DNA of 64,000 nt from an uncultured cyanobacterium (GTDB taxonomy: Bacteria; Cyanobacteriota; Cyanobacteriia; PCC-6307; Cyanobiaceae), in the NCBI GenBank assembly GCA_963697335.1, contig CAVONQ010000014.1:1-64000 (forward strand), given 5' to 3'. The position numbers were made by a program, and so were the translations under genes. Within the stretch, counting starts at the first letter, position 1; every line of letters starts with the position of its first letter. Shown piece after piece: positions 21,949-31,961 of this stretch. The notes below the pieces were generated by a model. It worked only from the letters and a program-made list of their open reading frames with translations, did no database searches and was not told the origin of the DNA.

Positions 21949-22744
21949 GGCGTCCGCGCCGCTGGGCGACAGCCTAGAAACCGCACCAGCAGGTCCTGCC
22001 GCGCCCGGTCTGGCCCCGGCGGGGCTGACCCTGGTGGGCGTGGGGCCCGGCGATCCGGAGCTGCTCACCGTGGCGGCGGTGCGGGCCCTGCGCCAGGCCG
22101 CCGTGGTGGCCTACCCGGTGGCGCGGGAGGGGGCCGAAGGCATGGCCGCAGCGATCGCCGCCCCCTGGCTGAGCCCGGGCCAGCGCCGCCTGCCGCTGCT
22201 GTTCCCGATGGTGGCGGAGGCGGCCCCCCGCATCGCCGCCTGGCACGCGGCCGCCGATGCCCTGGCGGCGCAGGTGGCCGCCGGCCGGGCGGTGGTGCTG
22301 CTGTGTGAGGGGGATGTGTCGCTGTTCGCCAGCAGCAGTTACGTGCTGTTGGCCCTGCGCCAGCAGCATCCCGGCTGTCCGGTGCGGCTGATCCCCGGCA
22401 TCACGGCGGTGGCGGCGGCGGCGGCGGCCGGCGCCTGGCCCCTGGCCCTGCAGCAGGACAGCCTGCTGATCCGGCCCACCCCCGAGAGCCCCGCCGAGCT
22501 GGAGGCGCTGCTGGCAGATGCAGCGGCCTCCGCCACGGTGCTGGCCCTGCTGAAGCTGGGCCACCGCTGGGGCTGGGTGCGCCCCCTGCTGGCGGCCCGG
22601 GGCCTGCTGGAGGACGCCCTGTTCGCCCAGCGGGTGGGCTGGCCTGACCAGCAGGTGGCGCCAGCCGGGGCGCTGCCGGCGGCGGAGCAGCCCTACTTCT
22701 CGCTGCTGCTGATCCGCCAGGGCTGGCCGGCGGTGCTGCCGTAG
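21947..22744 (+). CDS. cobI: Precorrin-2 C20-methyltransferase
   Basis: GVGPGDPELLT, LLFPM, CEGDVSLF, PYFSLLLI; start uncertain. Confidence 0.9.
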   Translation: MASAPLGDSLETAPAGPAAPGLAPAGLTLVGVGPGDPELLTVAAVRALRQAAVVAYPVAREGAEGMAAAIAAPWLSPGQRRLPLLFPMVAEAAPRIAAWHAAADALAAQVAAGRAVVLLCEGDVSLFASSSYVLLALRQQHPGCPVRLIPGITAVAAAAAAGAWPLALQQDSLLIRPTPESPAELEALLADAAASATVLALLKLGHRWGWVRPLLAARGLLEDALFAQRVGWPDQQVAPAGALPAAEQPYFSLLLIRQGWPAVLP

Positions 22745-23760
22745 GCCGCTGCCAGCAGGGCGAGGGCATCGGCCGGCGTCGGCGCCCGCATCAGGGCATG
22801 GCGCAGCCGCGGCGCCCCGGGGAAGCCCTGGCAGGTCCAGCCCATGTGCTTGCGGGCGATCAGCAGGCCGTGGTCCCCCTTCGCGGCCACCAGGGCGCGC
22901 AGCTGCTCGGCGGCCAGCAGGATGCGCTCGCCAGGGTCGGGGCTGGGAGGCACGGGCCGGCCGCAGAGGGCGGCATCGATCTGGCCCACCAGCCAGGGCG
23001 CCCCCATGCTGCCCCGCCCCACCATCAGGCCATCGGCGCCCGTGGCGGCCAGGCAGCGCAGGGCATCGGCGGGGCTGGCCACATCGCCGTTGGCGATCAC
23101 CGGGATGGTCAGGGCCCGCTTGACCGCGGCGATGGCCCCCCAGTCGGCGCGGCCCCTGAAGGCCTGCTCGCGGGTGCGGCCGTGCAGGGTGAGCAGCTGG
23201 GCGCCAGCTCCCTCCAGCTGGCGGCACCACGCCACGGCGGTGTCGGCCCCGCCGCCACACCAGCCCAGGCGGGTCTTGACGGTGACGGGAATGGACACCG
23301 CCGCCGCCACCGTTTCGACGATCCGGGCGGCCAGCTCGGGGTCGCGGATCAGGCCGCTGCCGCCGCCCTTGCGGGCGATCTTCTTCACGGGGCAGCCCAT
23401 GTTGATGTCGATCAGGAAGGCGCCCGCCGCCTCGGCGCGCCGGGCCGCATCGGCCATCGCCTGCGGCCGGTGATCGAACAGCTGCACGCCAATCGGCCCG
23501 CTCTCAGCTCCCAGCTCCTCCACCTTCTGCAGGCCGTGGCCCAGCTCCAGGCTGGTGGCGTTCACCATCTCGGTGAACAGCAGGGCGTCGGGGGCCCAGC
23601 GCCGCACCAGCCCCCGGAAGATCCGATCGCTCACCCCCGCCAGGGGCGACTGCAGCACCCGGCAGCGCAACCGCCGCGGTGTGCCGTTGCCGGCCAGCAG
23701 CAGCGGCTCGCCGGCAGGCAGCGCGATGGCCGTCAGCTCGGTGGGGGTGGCGGCGATCAT
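22693..23760 (-). CDS. dusB: tRNA dihydrouridine synthase DusB
   Basis: SPLAGVSD, DINMGCP, LHGRT, ANGDV, MVGRG. Confidence 0.93.
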   Translation of the reverse strand: MIAATPTELTAIALPAGEPLLLAGNGTPRRLRCRVLQSPLAGVSDRIFRGLVRRWAPDALLFTEMVNATSLELGHGLQKVEELGAESGPIGVQLFDHRPQAMADAARRAEAAGAFLIDINMGCPVKKIARKGGGSGLIRDPELAARIVETVAAAVSIPVTVKTRLGWCGGGADTAVAWCRQLEGAGAQLLTLHGRTREQAFRGRADWGAIAAVKRALTIPVIANGDVASPADALRCLAATGADGLMVGRGSMGAPWLVGQIDAALCGRPVPPSPDPGERILLAAEQLRALVAAKGDHGLLIARKHMGWTCQGFPGAPRLRHALMRAPTPADALALLAAAYGSTAGQPWRISSSEK

Positions 23761-23783
23761 GGTGTCGATTCTGGGATGAGGCC

Positions 23784-24275
23784 GTGCTCCCCCCCACCGC
23801 TCCTGCCCAGGCCGCCCCGGCGGCCGAGGCCTACCCCCTCAGCCGGGCACTGCTGGAGGCTGTGCTGGCCGACCGCCTCAGCGATCGCTTCGTGTGTGAA
23901 CTGATCTGGCCGCGCCTGGGTTATGGGCCCGATGGCTCCGGCACCTGGAGCGCGGGCCCGGCCACGGGAGCGGACTGGCGGGAGTCGTTCCCGCTGGCGC
24001 CGCAGCTGATCGCCGAGCGCCCCGCCAGCGTTCGGCTCACCCGCTCGATCGCCAAACCCCACAAGCAGCTGCTCAAGCAGCAACTGGGCTTTGGCGGCTA
24101 CCGCATCGGCGAGCTCTACCCGCGCCGCACCCGCAGGGCCACGGCGGTGACCTGGCTGCTGGCCCACCTGGCCGAGCGGGGCGAACCCCTGCCGGAGCTG
24201 GGGCCGCTGCCGCCGCTGCTGGAGGCCCCGGCCGATCCGGTGCGCGGCCACCCCGGCGACCGGCCGATCTCCTGA
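23784..24275 (+). CDS. Conserved cyanobacterial protein (DUF1823-like)
   Basis: RPASVRLTRSIAKPHKQLLKQQLGFGGY...PRRTRRAT; GTG start inferred. Confidence 0.75.
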   Translation: MLPPTAPAQAAPAAEAYPLSRALLEAVLADRLSDRFVCELIWPRLGYGPDGSGTWSAGPATGADWRESFPLAPQLIAERPASVRLTRSIAKPHKQLLKQQLGFGGYRIGELYPRRTRRATAVTWLLAHLAERGEPLPELGPLPPLLEAPADPVRGHPGDRPIS

Positions 24276-24346
24276 GGGCAAGGCGGCGGGAGCTGCTGCC
24301 GACCCATCTGTAGGGTCAAGGAAGGACAGTCGTTGCAATAAGACTC

Positions 24347-25711
24347 TTGGCCTTACCGGTCGTCGCCATCATCGGCCGCCCCAACGTGGGCAAATCCACC
24401 CTGGTGAACCGGCTCTGCCGCAGCCGCGAGGCGATCGTGCACGACCAGCCCGGCGTGACGCGGGACCGCAGCTACCAGGAGGGCTTCTGGGGCGATCGCA
24501 GCTTCCGGGTGGTGGACACCGGCGGCCTGGTGTTCGATGACGACAGCGAATTTCTGCCCGAGATCCGCGAGCAGGCCAACCTGGCCCTGGCCGAGGCGGC
24601 CGTGGCCCTGGTGATCGTGGATGGCCAGCAGGGCTGCACCGGCGCCGACCAGTCGATCGCCGAGTGGCTGCGGGGCCAGGGGGTGCCGGTGCTGCTGGCG
24701 GTGAACAAGTGCGAGTCGCCCGATGCCGGCCTGGCGATGGCAGCGGAGTTCTGGGGGCTCGGCCTGGGCGAACCCCATCCGATCTCGGCCATCCACGGCG
24801 CCGGCACCGGCGACCTGCTCGACGCCGTGATCGGCCACCTGCCCCCCAGCGAGCAGGTGGAGACCGAGGAGCCGATCCAGCTGGCGATCATCGGCCGCCC
24901 CAACGTGGGCAAGTCCAGCCTGCTGAACGCCGTGTGCGGCGAGAACCGGGCGATCGTGAGCCCGATCCGCGGCACCACCCGCGACACCATCGACACCACG
25001 ATCGAGCGGGAGGGCAAGAGCTGGAAACTGCTCGACACCGCCGGCATCCGCCGCCGCCGCTCGGTGAGCTACGGCCCCGAGTACTTCGGCATCAACCGCA
25101 GCTTCAAGGCGATCGAGCGCAGCGACGTGTGCGTGCTGGTGATCGATGCCCTCGATGGCGTCACCGAGCAGGACCAGCGCCTGGCGGGCCGCATCGAGGA
25201 GGACGGCCGCGCCTGCGTGGTGGTGGTGAACAAGTGGGATGCCATCGAGAAGGACAGCCACACCATGCCGGCGATGGAGCGGGAACTCCGGGCCAAGCTC
25301 TACTTCCTCGACTGGGCACCGATGCTGTTCACCTCTGCCCTCAGCGGCCAGCGGGTGCAGGCGATCTTCCCGCTGGCCCTGCTGGCGGTGGAGCAGCACC
25401 GCCGCCGCGTCACCACCTCCGTGGTGAACGAGGTGCTCACCGAAGCGCTCAGCTGGCGCTCGCCGCCCACCAGCCGCGGCGGTCGCCAGGGCCGGCTCTA
25501 CTACGGCACCCAGGTGGCGGTGCGGCCGCCCAGCTTCACCCTGTTCGTGAACGAGCCCAAACTGTTCGGCGACACCTACCGCCGCTACGTGGAGCGCCAG
25601 ATCCGCGAGGGCCTGGGCTTTGAGGGCACACCGATCAAGCTGTTCTGGCGCGGCAAGCAGCAGCGGGACGCTGAGCGCGACCAGCAGCGCCAGCAGAATC
25701 GCGGCCACTGA
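24347..25711 (+). CDS. der: Ribosome biogenesis GTPase Der
   Basis: Two GRPNVGKS G1 motifs, DTGG/DTAG, NKCE/NKWD. Confidence 0.98.
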   Translation: MALPVVAIIGRPNVGKSTLVNRLCRSREAIVHDQPGVTRDRSYQEGFWGDRSFRVVDTGGLVFDDDSEFLPEIREQANLALAEAAVALVIVDGQQGCTGADQSIAEWLRGQGVPVLLAVNKCESPDAGLAMAAEFWGLGLGEPHPISAIHGAGTGDLLDAVIGHLPPSEQVETEEPIQLAIIGRPNVGKSSLLNAVCGENRAIVSPIRGTTRDTIDTTIEREGKSWKLLDTAGIRRRRSVSYGPEYFGINRSFKAIERSDVCVLVIDALDGVTEQDQRLAGRIEEDGRACVVVVNKWDAIEKDSHTMPAMERELRAKLYFLDWAPMLFTSALSGQRVQAIFPLALLAVEQHRRRVTTSVVNEVLTEALSWRSPPTSRGGRQGRLYYGTQVAVRPPSFTLFVNEPKLFGDTYRRYVERQIREGLGFEGTPIKLFWRGKQQRDAERDQQRQQNRGH

Positions 25712-25722
25712 GCGCCCTGCCC

Positions 25723-26673
25723 TTGGACCTCCTCCGCCAGATGCCGATCGGCCAGTTCGTGGCCGAGGAGAGCAAGGAGGGCGGACGGGGCAGCTGGCTG
25801 CGGCGGCTGGATCCCCGCCTCAAGCTGGCCTGGACCATGGCCTTCCTGGTGACGCCGATCCTGGCCGGCCCGATCTGGCGTGGGGCCCTGGTGGGGCTGC
25901 TGCTGCTGATCACCGCGGTGTGCGGCCTGCCCTGGCGGCTGTGGCGCCGCAGCCTGCCGTTGCTGCTGGCTCTGTGCCTGCTGGTGGGGGGGCTGGCGGC
26001 CCTGTTGCCGGCGGGTGGGGTGGGCGCCGCGGCCCTGCAGCGGCCCCCGGCCGAGGTGCGGCTGCTGCCGGGATCGCCCCTGGAGCCCCCGCCGCAGCGG
26101 GCCGGGATGGCCTGGGAGCTGGTGCGCTTGGGGCCCATCAGCCTGGGCCCCGTGAGCCTTGGGCCGCTGGTGATCAACCGCCGCTCGGCCGAGCTGGGCC
26201 TCAATGGCGCCACGTTGCTGTTCACCCTGATCCACAGCGCCAACCTGCTGCTGCTCAGCACCCCACCGGAGGAGCTGGTGTGGTCGTTCGGCTGGCTGCT
26301 GGCCCCCCTGGCGCGGCTGGGCTGGCCGGTGGAGCGGCTGGGGTTCACCTTGCTGTTGTCGCTGCGCTTCCTGCCGCTGGTGCAGGAGGAACTGCAGAAC
26401 CTGGTGCGCTCCGTGGCCACCCGGGCCGTGAACCTGCGCCGGCTCGGCTGGCAGCTCTCCCTGGGGCTGGTGCTGGGGGTGGGGGAGAGGCTGCTGGCCA
26501 ACCTGCTGCTGCGCTCCGAGCAGGGGGCCGAGGCCCTGCTGGCGCGGGGCGGAACCTGGCAGCCGGCCTGGCAATTGCACCGCCTGGCGCCCCCGGCGCG
26601 GGCCGCCAACCTGGTGGTCAGCCTGGGGCTGGGATTGTTCCTGGCCTTACGATGGCGTGTCGGTGCTCTTTAA
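25723..26673 (+). CDS. ECF transporter T component (CbiQ family)
   Basis: LDPRLKL, STPPEEL, LRFLPLVQEE, ARG motif. Confidence 0.88.
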   Translation: MDLLRQMPIGQFVAEESKEGGRGSWLRRLDPRLKLAWTMAFLVTPILAGPIWRGALVGLLLLITAVCGLPWRLWRRSLPLLLALCLLVGGLAALLPAGGVGAAALQRPPAEVRLLPGSPLEPPPQRAGMAWELVRLGPISLGPVSLGPLVINRRSAELGLNGATLLFTLIHSANLLLLSTPPEELVWSFGWLLAPLARLGWPVERLGFTLLLSLRFLPLVQEELQNLVRSVATRAVNLRRLGWQLSLGLVLGVGERLLANLLLRSEQGAEALLARGGTWQPAWQLHRLAPPARAANLVVSLGLGLFLALRWRVGAL

Positions 26674-26695
26674 TACCTGCAGTTCAGAAGGCTGA

Positions 26696-26962
26696 GTGAC
26701 CACCGAGCGCTACCTCAATCACCCCACCTTTGGGATGCTCTACCGAGTGGCGCCAGTGCCCGACGGCAGGGATCTCTACGCCACGCTGTATGCCCAGCGG
26801 ATCTTTTTTGTGGTGACCCTGCAGCCCAGGGGCGCCAGTTTTGAGGTGGTGCCGCTGATGGATGCCCGTCACTTCGCCGAGCAGAACCTGGCCCGGGTGC
26901 GCCGGGATGGCGCTGAGGCCCATGCCCACTGGCGACAGCTCTTTGACCAGACCTTCATCTGA
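26696..26962 (+). CDS. pipX: PII-interacting protein X
   Basis: ERYLNHPTFGMLY...YATLYAQRIFF. Confidence 0.95.
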   Translation: MTTERYLNHPTFGMLYRVAPVPDGRDLYATLYAQRIFFVVTLQPRGASFEVVPLMDARHFAEQNLARVRRDGAEAHAHWRQLFDQTFI

Positions 26963-27656
26963 GCTTCTGGCACCTGGGCCTCTCTCGGCCCGGCTGGAGG
27001 CGATCACTGCTGCGTTGCCCCCCGGCTGCCGCCTGCTGGCGGTGAGCAAGGGCCATCCGGCTGAGGCCATCCGGGCCGCCGTGGCCGCTGGCCAGCGCAG
27101 CTTCGGCGAGAGCCGGCTGCAGGAGGCCAGTGCCAAGCAGGAGCAGCTCGCCGACCTGGCCCCGCTCGACTGGCACTTCATCGGCCGGCTGCAGGCCAAC
27201 AAGGCCCGGGCGGTGCTGCGCCGCTTTGGCACGATCCACTCCGTGGACAGCCTGGCCCTGGCGGAGCGGCTGGCCCGCATCGCCGCCGAGGAGTCCCTCA
27301 GCCCGGCGGCGCTGTTCCAGGTGAAGCTGCGGCCCGACCCCACCAAGACCGGCTTCAGCCCAGAGGAGCTGCGGGCCGCCTGGCCACGCCTGGCCGAACT
27401 GACGCCTCTGCGGCCGGTGGGGCTGATGACCATCGCCCCGCAGGGCCTCGGCCACGACGAGCATCAGGCCCTGTTTCAGGCCTGCGCGGCCCTGGCCACG
27501 GAGCTGGGCCTGCCCGAACGTTCGATGGGCATGAGCGGTGATTGGCGCGAGGCGGCGGCGGCGGGCAGCACCTGGGTGCGGATCGGCAGTGCCCTGTTTG
27601 GTGTCCGACCGTCCCAACGGCTTGCAATCACTGACGTGGGACGCTATTCAGGTTGA
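26943..27656 (+). CDS. pipY: PLP-homeostasis protein YggS/PipY
   Basis: [44 protein letters not shown] start inferred. Confidence 0.92.
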   Translation: MTRPSSELLAPGPLSARLEAITAALPPGCRLLAVSKGHPAEAIRAAVAAGQRSFGESRLQEASAKQEQLADLAPLDWHFIGRLQANKARAVLRRFGTIHSVDSLALAERLARIAAEESLSPAALFQVKLRPDPTKTGFSPEELRAAWPRLAELTPLRPVGLMTIAPQGLGHDEHQALFQACAALATELGLPERSMGMSGDWREAAAAGSTWVRIGSALFGVRPSQRLAITDVGRYSG

Positions 27657-27679
27657 AAGCACCCCAAGAGGTTCGCTCC

Positions 27680-28228
27680 GTGTCGTTGTTCTCCCGCCTG
27701 CGTGCCGTCGTCTCCGGCGATGACTACCTCGACGGCGACTACGACGAGGACCTCGATTACGACGGTGGCGAGGCCCAGGACCCCCCTCCAATCCAGCGCA
27801 GCAGTGCCCTGGCGCTCAGCTCCGGCTTCAGCTCCGACGACCCGTTTGCCGGCAGCAATGTGATCGGCATGCCGGGGCTCTCCTCCGCAGCGGCCGAGGT
27901 GTCGCTGATGGAGCCCCGCAGCTTCGACGAGATGCCCCGGGCCATCCAGGCCCTGCGCGAGCGCAAGACGGTGATCCTCAACCTCACGATGATGGAGCCC
28001 GATCAGGCCCAGCGGGCCGTGGATTTCGTGGCCGGCGGCACCTTCGCCATCGACGGCCACCAGGAGCGGGTGGGCGAGAGCATCTTCCTGTTCGCCCCCA
28101 GCTGCGTCAGCGTCACCACGGCCAGCGGTGAAGAGGTGTCTGCCCCCACCACCATCTCCCGGGAGCTGGCCCAGGAGCAGGAAGCCGCTCCCTCCCCGGC
28201 CTGGGGCCGCCAGGACAGCGCCCTCTAG
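27680..28228 (+). CDS. sepF: Cell division protein SepF
   Basis: [28 protein letters not shown]. Confidence 0.95.
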   Translation: MSLFSRLRAVVSGDDYLDGDYDEDLDYDGGEAQDPPPIQRSSALALSSGFSSDDPFAGSNVIGMPGLSSAAAEVSLMEPRSFDEMPRAIQALRERKTVILNLTMMEPDQAQRAVDFVAGGTFAIDGHQERVGESIFLFAPSCVSVTTASGEEVSAPTTISRELAQEQEAAPSPAWGRQDSAL

Positions 28229-28251
28229 GGCGTTCGATCACCCCGCTGCCG

Positions 28252-29073
28252 TTGCACCCGGTGCATTCCGCTTCCGGTTCCCTGCTCCCCAGCCTCGGCG
28301 TGGTGGGCTTCGGCACCATGGCCCGTGCCCTGGTGCTCCCCCTGCTGGAGGCGGGGCTTCTGGAGGCCCCGGGCCTGAAGGCGGTGGTGGCCAGCCAGGC
28401 TTCCGCCGCCCGCCTGCAGGAGCGCCATGGCCTGGCGGTGGGCACCGATCTGGCGGCGGCCTGGGCGGCACCGGTGGTGCTGCTGGGCGTGAAACCCCAG
28501 CAGCTTGAGGCCGTGGCGGCCACGGCTCCGCCCGGGGCTACGGGGCTGCTGATCTCGGTGCTGGCTGGCGTGAAGCTGGAGCGGCTGCAGCGCCTGTTCC
28601 CAAGCTGGCGCTGCGTGCGGGCCGTGCCCAACACCCCGTGCCAGGTGGGCGCTGGCCTCACGGGCCTGGCCCTCGCCCCCGAGCTGGAGGAGCCTGAGCG
28701 GGTGCTGGTGCGGGAGTTGTTTGCCCGGGTGGGGGAGGTGCATGAACTGCCCGAAGCTCAGCTCGATGCCTTCCTGGCCCTCACCTCCTCCGGGCCGGCC
28801 TTCGTGGCCCTGGTGGCCGAGTCCCTGGCGGATGGGGCCGTGGCCGCCGGCCTGCCCCGGGCTCTGGCCCACCACCTGGCCCATCGCACCCTGGCGGGCA
28901 GCGCCGCCCTGCTGGCGGAGCAGGGGCTCCACCCCGCCCAGCTCAAGGACCTGGTGAGTTCCCCGGGCGGCACCACCATCGCCGGCCTGCGCCAGCTGGA
29001 GCGCGGCGGCCTGCGTTCGGCCCTGCTGGAGGCGGTGTTGGCGGCGGCGCAGCGCAGCCGCGAGCTGGGCTGA
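28252..29073 (+). CDS. proC: Pyrroline-5-carboxylate reductase
   Basis: GFGTMA, VKPQ, PNTP, SSGPAF, SSPGGTTIAGL. Confidence 0.95.
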   Translation: MHPVHSASGSLLPSLGVVGFGTMARALVLPLLEAGLLEAPGLKAVVASQASAARLQERHGLAVGTDLAAAWAAPVVLLGVKPQQLEAVAATAPPGATGLLISVLAGVKLERLQRLFPSWRCVRAVPNTPCQVGAGLTGLALAPELEEPERVLVRELFARVGEVHELPEAQLDAFLALTSSGPAFVALVAESLADGAVAAGLPRALAHHLAHRTLAGSAALLAEQGLHPAQLKDLVSSPGGTTIAGLRQLERGGLRSALLEAVLAAAQRSRELG

Positions 29074-29077
29074 GCCC

Positions 29078-29740
29078 TCAGGAGCCAGCGGGCTTCTTGC
29101 CGAGGCGCGGTTCGGTGCCGGCGAGCAGGCGGCTCAGGTTGCTGCGATGGCGCCAGATCACCAGGGCACTGGTGAGCAGGGCCAGCAGCAGGTAGGGCCA
29201 GCGCACGCCCGTCCCCTGGCCCTGGAACCAGCCCAGCATCAGCAGCGGCAGAGCCACGGCCGCCAGCACGCTGGAGAGCGACACGATGCGGCTGAGGCTG
29301 AGGACGGCGAGAAACACCCCGAAGCTGGCCAGGCCCACCGGCCAGGCCAGGCCCAGCAGCATGCCCAGGGCCGTGGCCACCGCCTTGCCGCCGCGCCAGC
29401 CCAGCCACACCGGCCAGCTGTGCCCGGCCAGGGCCGCCAGGCCGCAGGCCACCACCCAGCTGTCGATGGCCCAGCCGTCAGGCCCCAGGGGCTGGCCCAG
29501 GGGCTCCAGCACAGCCTTGGCGAGCAGCACCGCCGCCGCGCCCTTGAGCACGTCGATCAGGAACACCGCCAGGGCCGGACCCTTGCCCACCACCCGCAGC
29601 ACGTTGGTGGCGCCGGTGGAGCCGGAGCCCTCGCGGCGGATGTCGATGCCCTTCAGCCAGCGACCGGCCAGGTAGCCACTGGGGAGGGAACCCAGCAGGT
29701 AGCCCGCGAGCAGCAGGGGCAGGGCAAGGGGCAGGGTCAT
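29078..29740 (-). CDS. plsY: Glycerol-3-phosphate acyltransferase PlsY
   Basis: YLLGSLP, GSGSTGATN, GGKAVAT, RHRSNLSRL. Confidence 0.95.
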   Translation of the reverse strand: MTLPLALPLLLAGYLLGSLPSGYLAGRWLKGIDIRREGSGSTGATNVLRVVGKGPALAVFLIDVLKGAAAVLLAKAVLEPLGQPLGPDGWAIDSWVVACGLAALAGHSWPVWLGWRGGKAVATALGMLLGLAWPVGLASFGVFLAVLSLSRIVSLSSVLAAVALPLLMLGWFQGQGTGVRWPYLLLALLTSALVIWRHRSNLSRLLAGTEPRLGKKPAGS

Positions 29741-29778
29741 CGGATCGGCAGGGCTGGCTGGGGGGAGGGACAGGCGGC

Positions 29779-30738
29779 CTAGTAGATCTCTTCGTCGCGC
29801 ATCAGTTCGCCCGGGCCCGGGGCAAAGGCCAGCCAGAGGGGGAACTGCAGGATCGGGATGTCCACCACCTGCTCAGCGGCATCCACCAGGATCAGGGGCA
29901 GCTCGCCGCGCTCCTCCAGCCGGTCGGCCCGCTCGATCAGGGCATCCGGGCGCTCGAACAGCACGATGCCACTGCTGGGGCCGAAGTCCTCTCGGTCGAG
30001 CCCCAGGGCCTCCTGGAGGCCGCGGCGCCACTCGCCCAGCCGTTCCGGCTGGCTGGCCAGCACCAGGGTCTGAAAGCGGTCGCCGTAGAGCTCCCCCAGG
30101 ATCGCCACCGCAGCGGCGCTCACCAGGGCATTGCGGCCCCGGCTGCCACTGCTGGGCTGGGCGCCGCGGCCGCCCTGATCCAGAAACCAGTTGTCGAGGC
30201 AAGCGGCGGCTTCGGCATCGAGGCTGCGGCGCAGCTTCCAGGCGGGGGCGTAGAAGTCGGGCTGGCCCTGGAAGGCGGCGAGCTGCTCGCGAATCAGGGC
30301 TTCATCGGCGCCGAACTGGCCGGCGGCAGCCACCGGAGGACCGGCGGGTGGCTGGGGGCTGGCCTGGGCCGCCTGCTCGGCGTCGAGGGCCGAAGGGGCC
30401 ACCAGCAGCTGCTGGGGCACCAGGTTCACCTGTTCGGCGGCCACGGCGAGATCCTGCAGGGCACCCACCAGGTAGTCCTGGAAGCCCTTGAGGCGGCGGG
30501 CCACCCCATCGGCCTGGCCCGTGACGCTGCTCTGGATCTCGCGGTTGATCTGCTCCTGACGGCTCTCCAGCTGGCGGATCTCGCCCAGAAGTTGCTCACG
30601 CCGTTGGCGCAGCTCCTCCAGCGCCAGCTCCTGCCAGGCGGTGCTGGCGGCGTTGTCGGCGCTGGCGGCGCTGGGTTCAGGCCCCGGCGGGGTGGGGCCG
30701 CTCTCGGAGGCGGCGGTGGGGATGGGCTCCTCAGGCAT
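29779..30738 (-). CDS. Conserved cyanobacterial coiled-coil protein (DUF3086-like)
   Basis: GFQDYLVGALQDL, ERLGEWRRGLQ, LQFPLWLAFA. Confidence 0.8.
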   Translation of the reverse strand: MPEEPIPTAASESGPTPPGPEPSAASADNAASTAWQELALEELRQRREQLLGEIRQLESRQEQINREIQSSVTGQADGVARRLKGFQDYLVGALQDLAVAAEQVNLVPQQLLVAPSALDAEQAAQASPQPPAGPPVAAAGQFGADEALIREQLAAFQGQPDFYAPAWKLRRSLDAEAAACLDNWFLDQGGRGAQPSSGSRGRNALVSAAAVAILGELYGDRFQTLVLASQPERLGEWRRGLQEALGLDREDFGPSSGIVLFERPDALIERADRLEERGELPLILVDAAEQVVDIPILQFPLWLAFAPGPGELMRDEEIY

Positions 30739-31159
30739 CGGGCGCGGAGAGATGACTCAGATGACGGTCCAGTTGTTGGCGCAGGGCGCCAGCATCGAAC
30801 AGCAGGGGCAACAGGTGAATGCTGCGTTCCTCCCGGAAATAGAACACCACGGGCAGGCCCGGCCAGAACAGCTTCCAGCCCAGCCAGCTGGCGTAGGGGA
30901 AGCGGCGCAGCTCGCTGGTCTGGCGCCACACCACCAGGGAGTCGGCCTGAAACTCCAGCCGCAGCAGAGCGGTCTGCAGCACCAGGAAGAGCCCCAGCAG
31001 GCCCACCCCCAGGCTCAGCCACAGGGCCCCGCCCCAGAGGGGCAGCAGGGCCAGGCAGCCCAGGCCCAGCAGCACAACTCCCAGGGCCACGCCGTAATGG
31101 CGCGGCAGGCTCGTGGCCTCAGGGTCGGGGGCTGGGGGCGATGAAGGAGGTGTCGTCAT
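30731..31159 (-). CDS. Conserved membrane protein (DUF3119-like)
   Basis: Two TM helices, RRFPY, FYFREERSIHLLPLLFD. Confidence 0.8.
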   Translation of the reverse strand: MTTPPSSPPAPDPEATSLPRHYGVALGVVLLGLGCLALLPLWGGALWLSLGVGLLGLFLVLQTALLRLEFQADSLVVWRQTSELRRFPYASWLGWKLFWPGLPVVFYFREERSIHLLPLLFDAGALRQQLDRHLSHLSAPDA

Positions 31160-31166
31160 GGCGGGG

Positions 31167-31961
31167 TCATCCAAACAGCACTGAGGTGAGCACGCCGTCC
31201 ATCAGCGCCACTGTGACCAGGATCATCACCACGGCGCCGGTGGTGGTGGTGCCCACCTCCTTGGGGCCGCCCCTGGTGGTGAGGCCCCAGCCACAGGCGA
31301 TCACGGCGATCTGCAGCCCGAACACCAGGGCCTTCACCAGCATGAACGGCAGATCCTCCGGCTGCATCCAGGTGCGCACCGAGTTCCAGAACACGCTGGG
31401 GGGGATGTTGTACAGCAAGGAACTGCTCACTTGCCCCGACCAGATCCCCACCCCGAAGAACAGCAGGCACTGCACCGGCGCCATCACCACCATCGCCAGC
31501 ACCCTGGGCACCACCAGATACTGCACCGGATCGGTGCGCAGCATGGTGATCGCATCGATCTGCTCGGTCACCTTCATGGTGCCCAGCTGGGCGGCGTAGG
31601 CGGTGGCCACCTTGCCGGTGAGCAGGGTGGCGGTGAGCAGGGGCGCAATTTCCCGGGAGAGGCCCAGGGCCAGCAGTCCCCCCACGGCGGCGTTGGCGCC
31701 CTGCTTGGAGAGCTCCGCCACCACCTGGATGTTGAACACGGTGCCGGCGGCCAGGGCCGTGATCATCACGATCAGGAAGCTGCCGGGGCCGGCTTCCAGG
31801 AGCTCGTTCATCAGGTCGTTGACGCCGATGCGACCGCGGGCGATCGCACTGATCGCCTGGCCCCCGATCAGGCCGCTCACCGCCAGGCGCCGCAGCCAGC
31901 GGGGTGCCCGCAGCCAGCTGGGCATACGCATGGCCCTGAGCATCGGGAAGGAGCGGCTCAT
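31167..31961 (-). CDS. mlaE: MlaE-family ABC transporter permease
   Basis: REIAPLLTA, GTMKVTEQIDA, YLVVPR, VGTTTTGAVV; ATGA overlap with the MFS gene. Confidence 0.9.
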   Translation of the reverse strand: MSRSFPMLRAMRMPSWLRAPRWLRRLAVSGLIGGQAISAIARGRIGVNDLMNELLEAGPGSFLIVMITALAAGTVFNIQVVAELSKQGANAAVGGLLALGLSREIAPLLTATLLTGKVATAYAAQLGTMKVTEQIDAITMLRTDPVQYLVVPRVLAMVVMAPVQCLLFFGVGIWSGQVSSSLLYNIPPSVFWNSVRTWMQPEDLPFMLVKALVFGLQIAVIACGWGLTTRGGPKEVGTTTTGAVVMILVTVALMDGVLTSVLFG

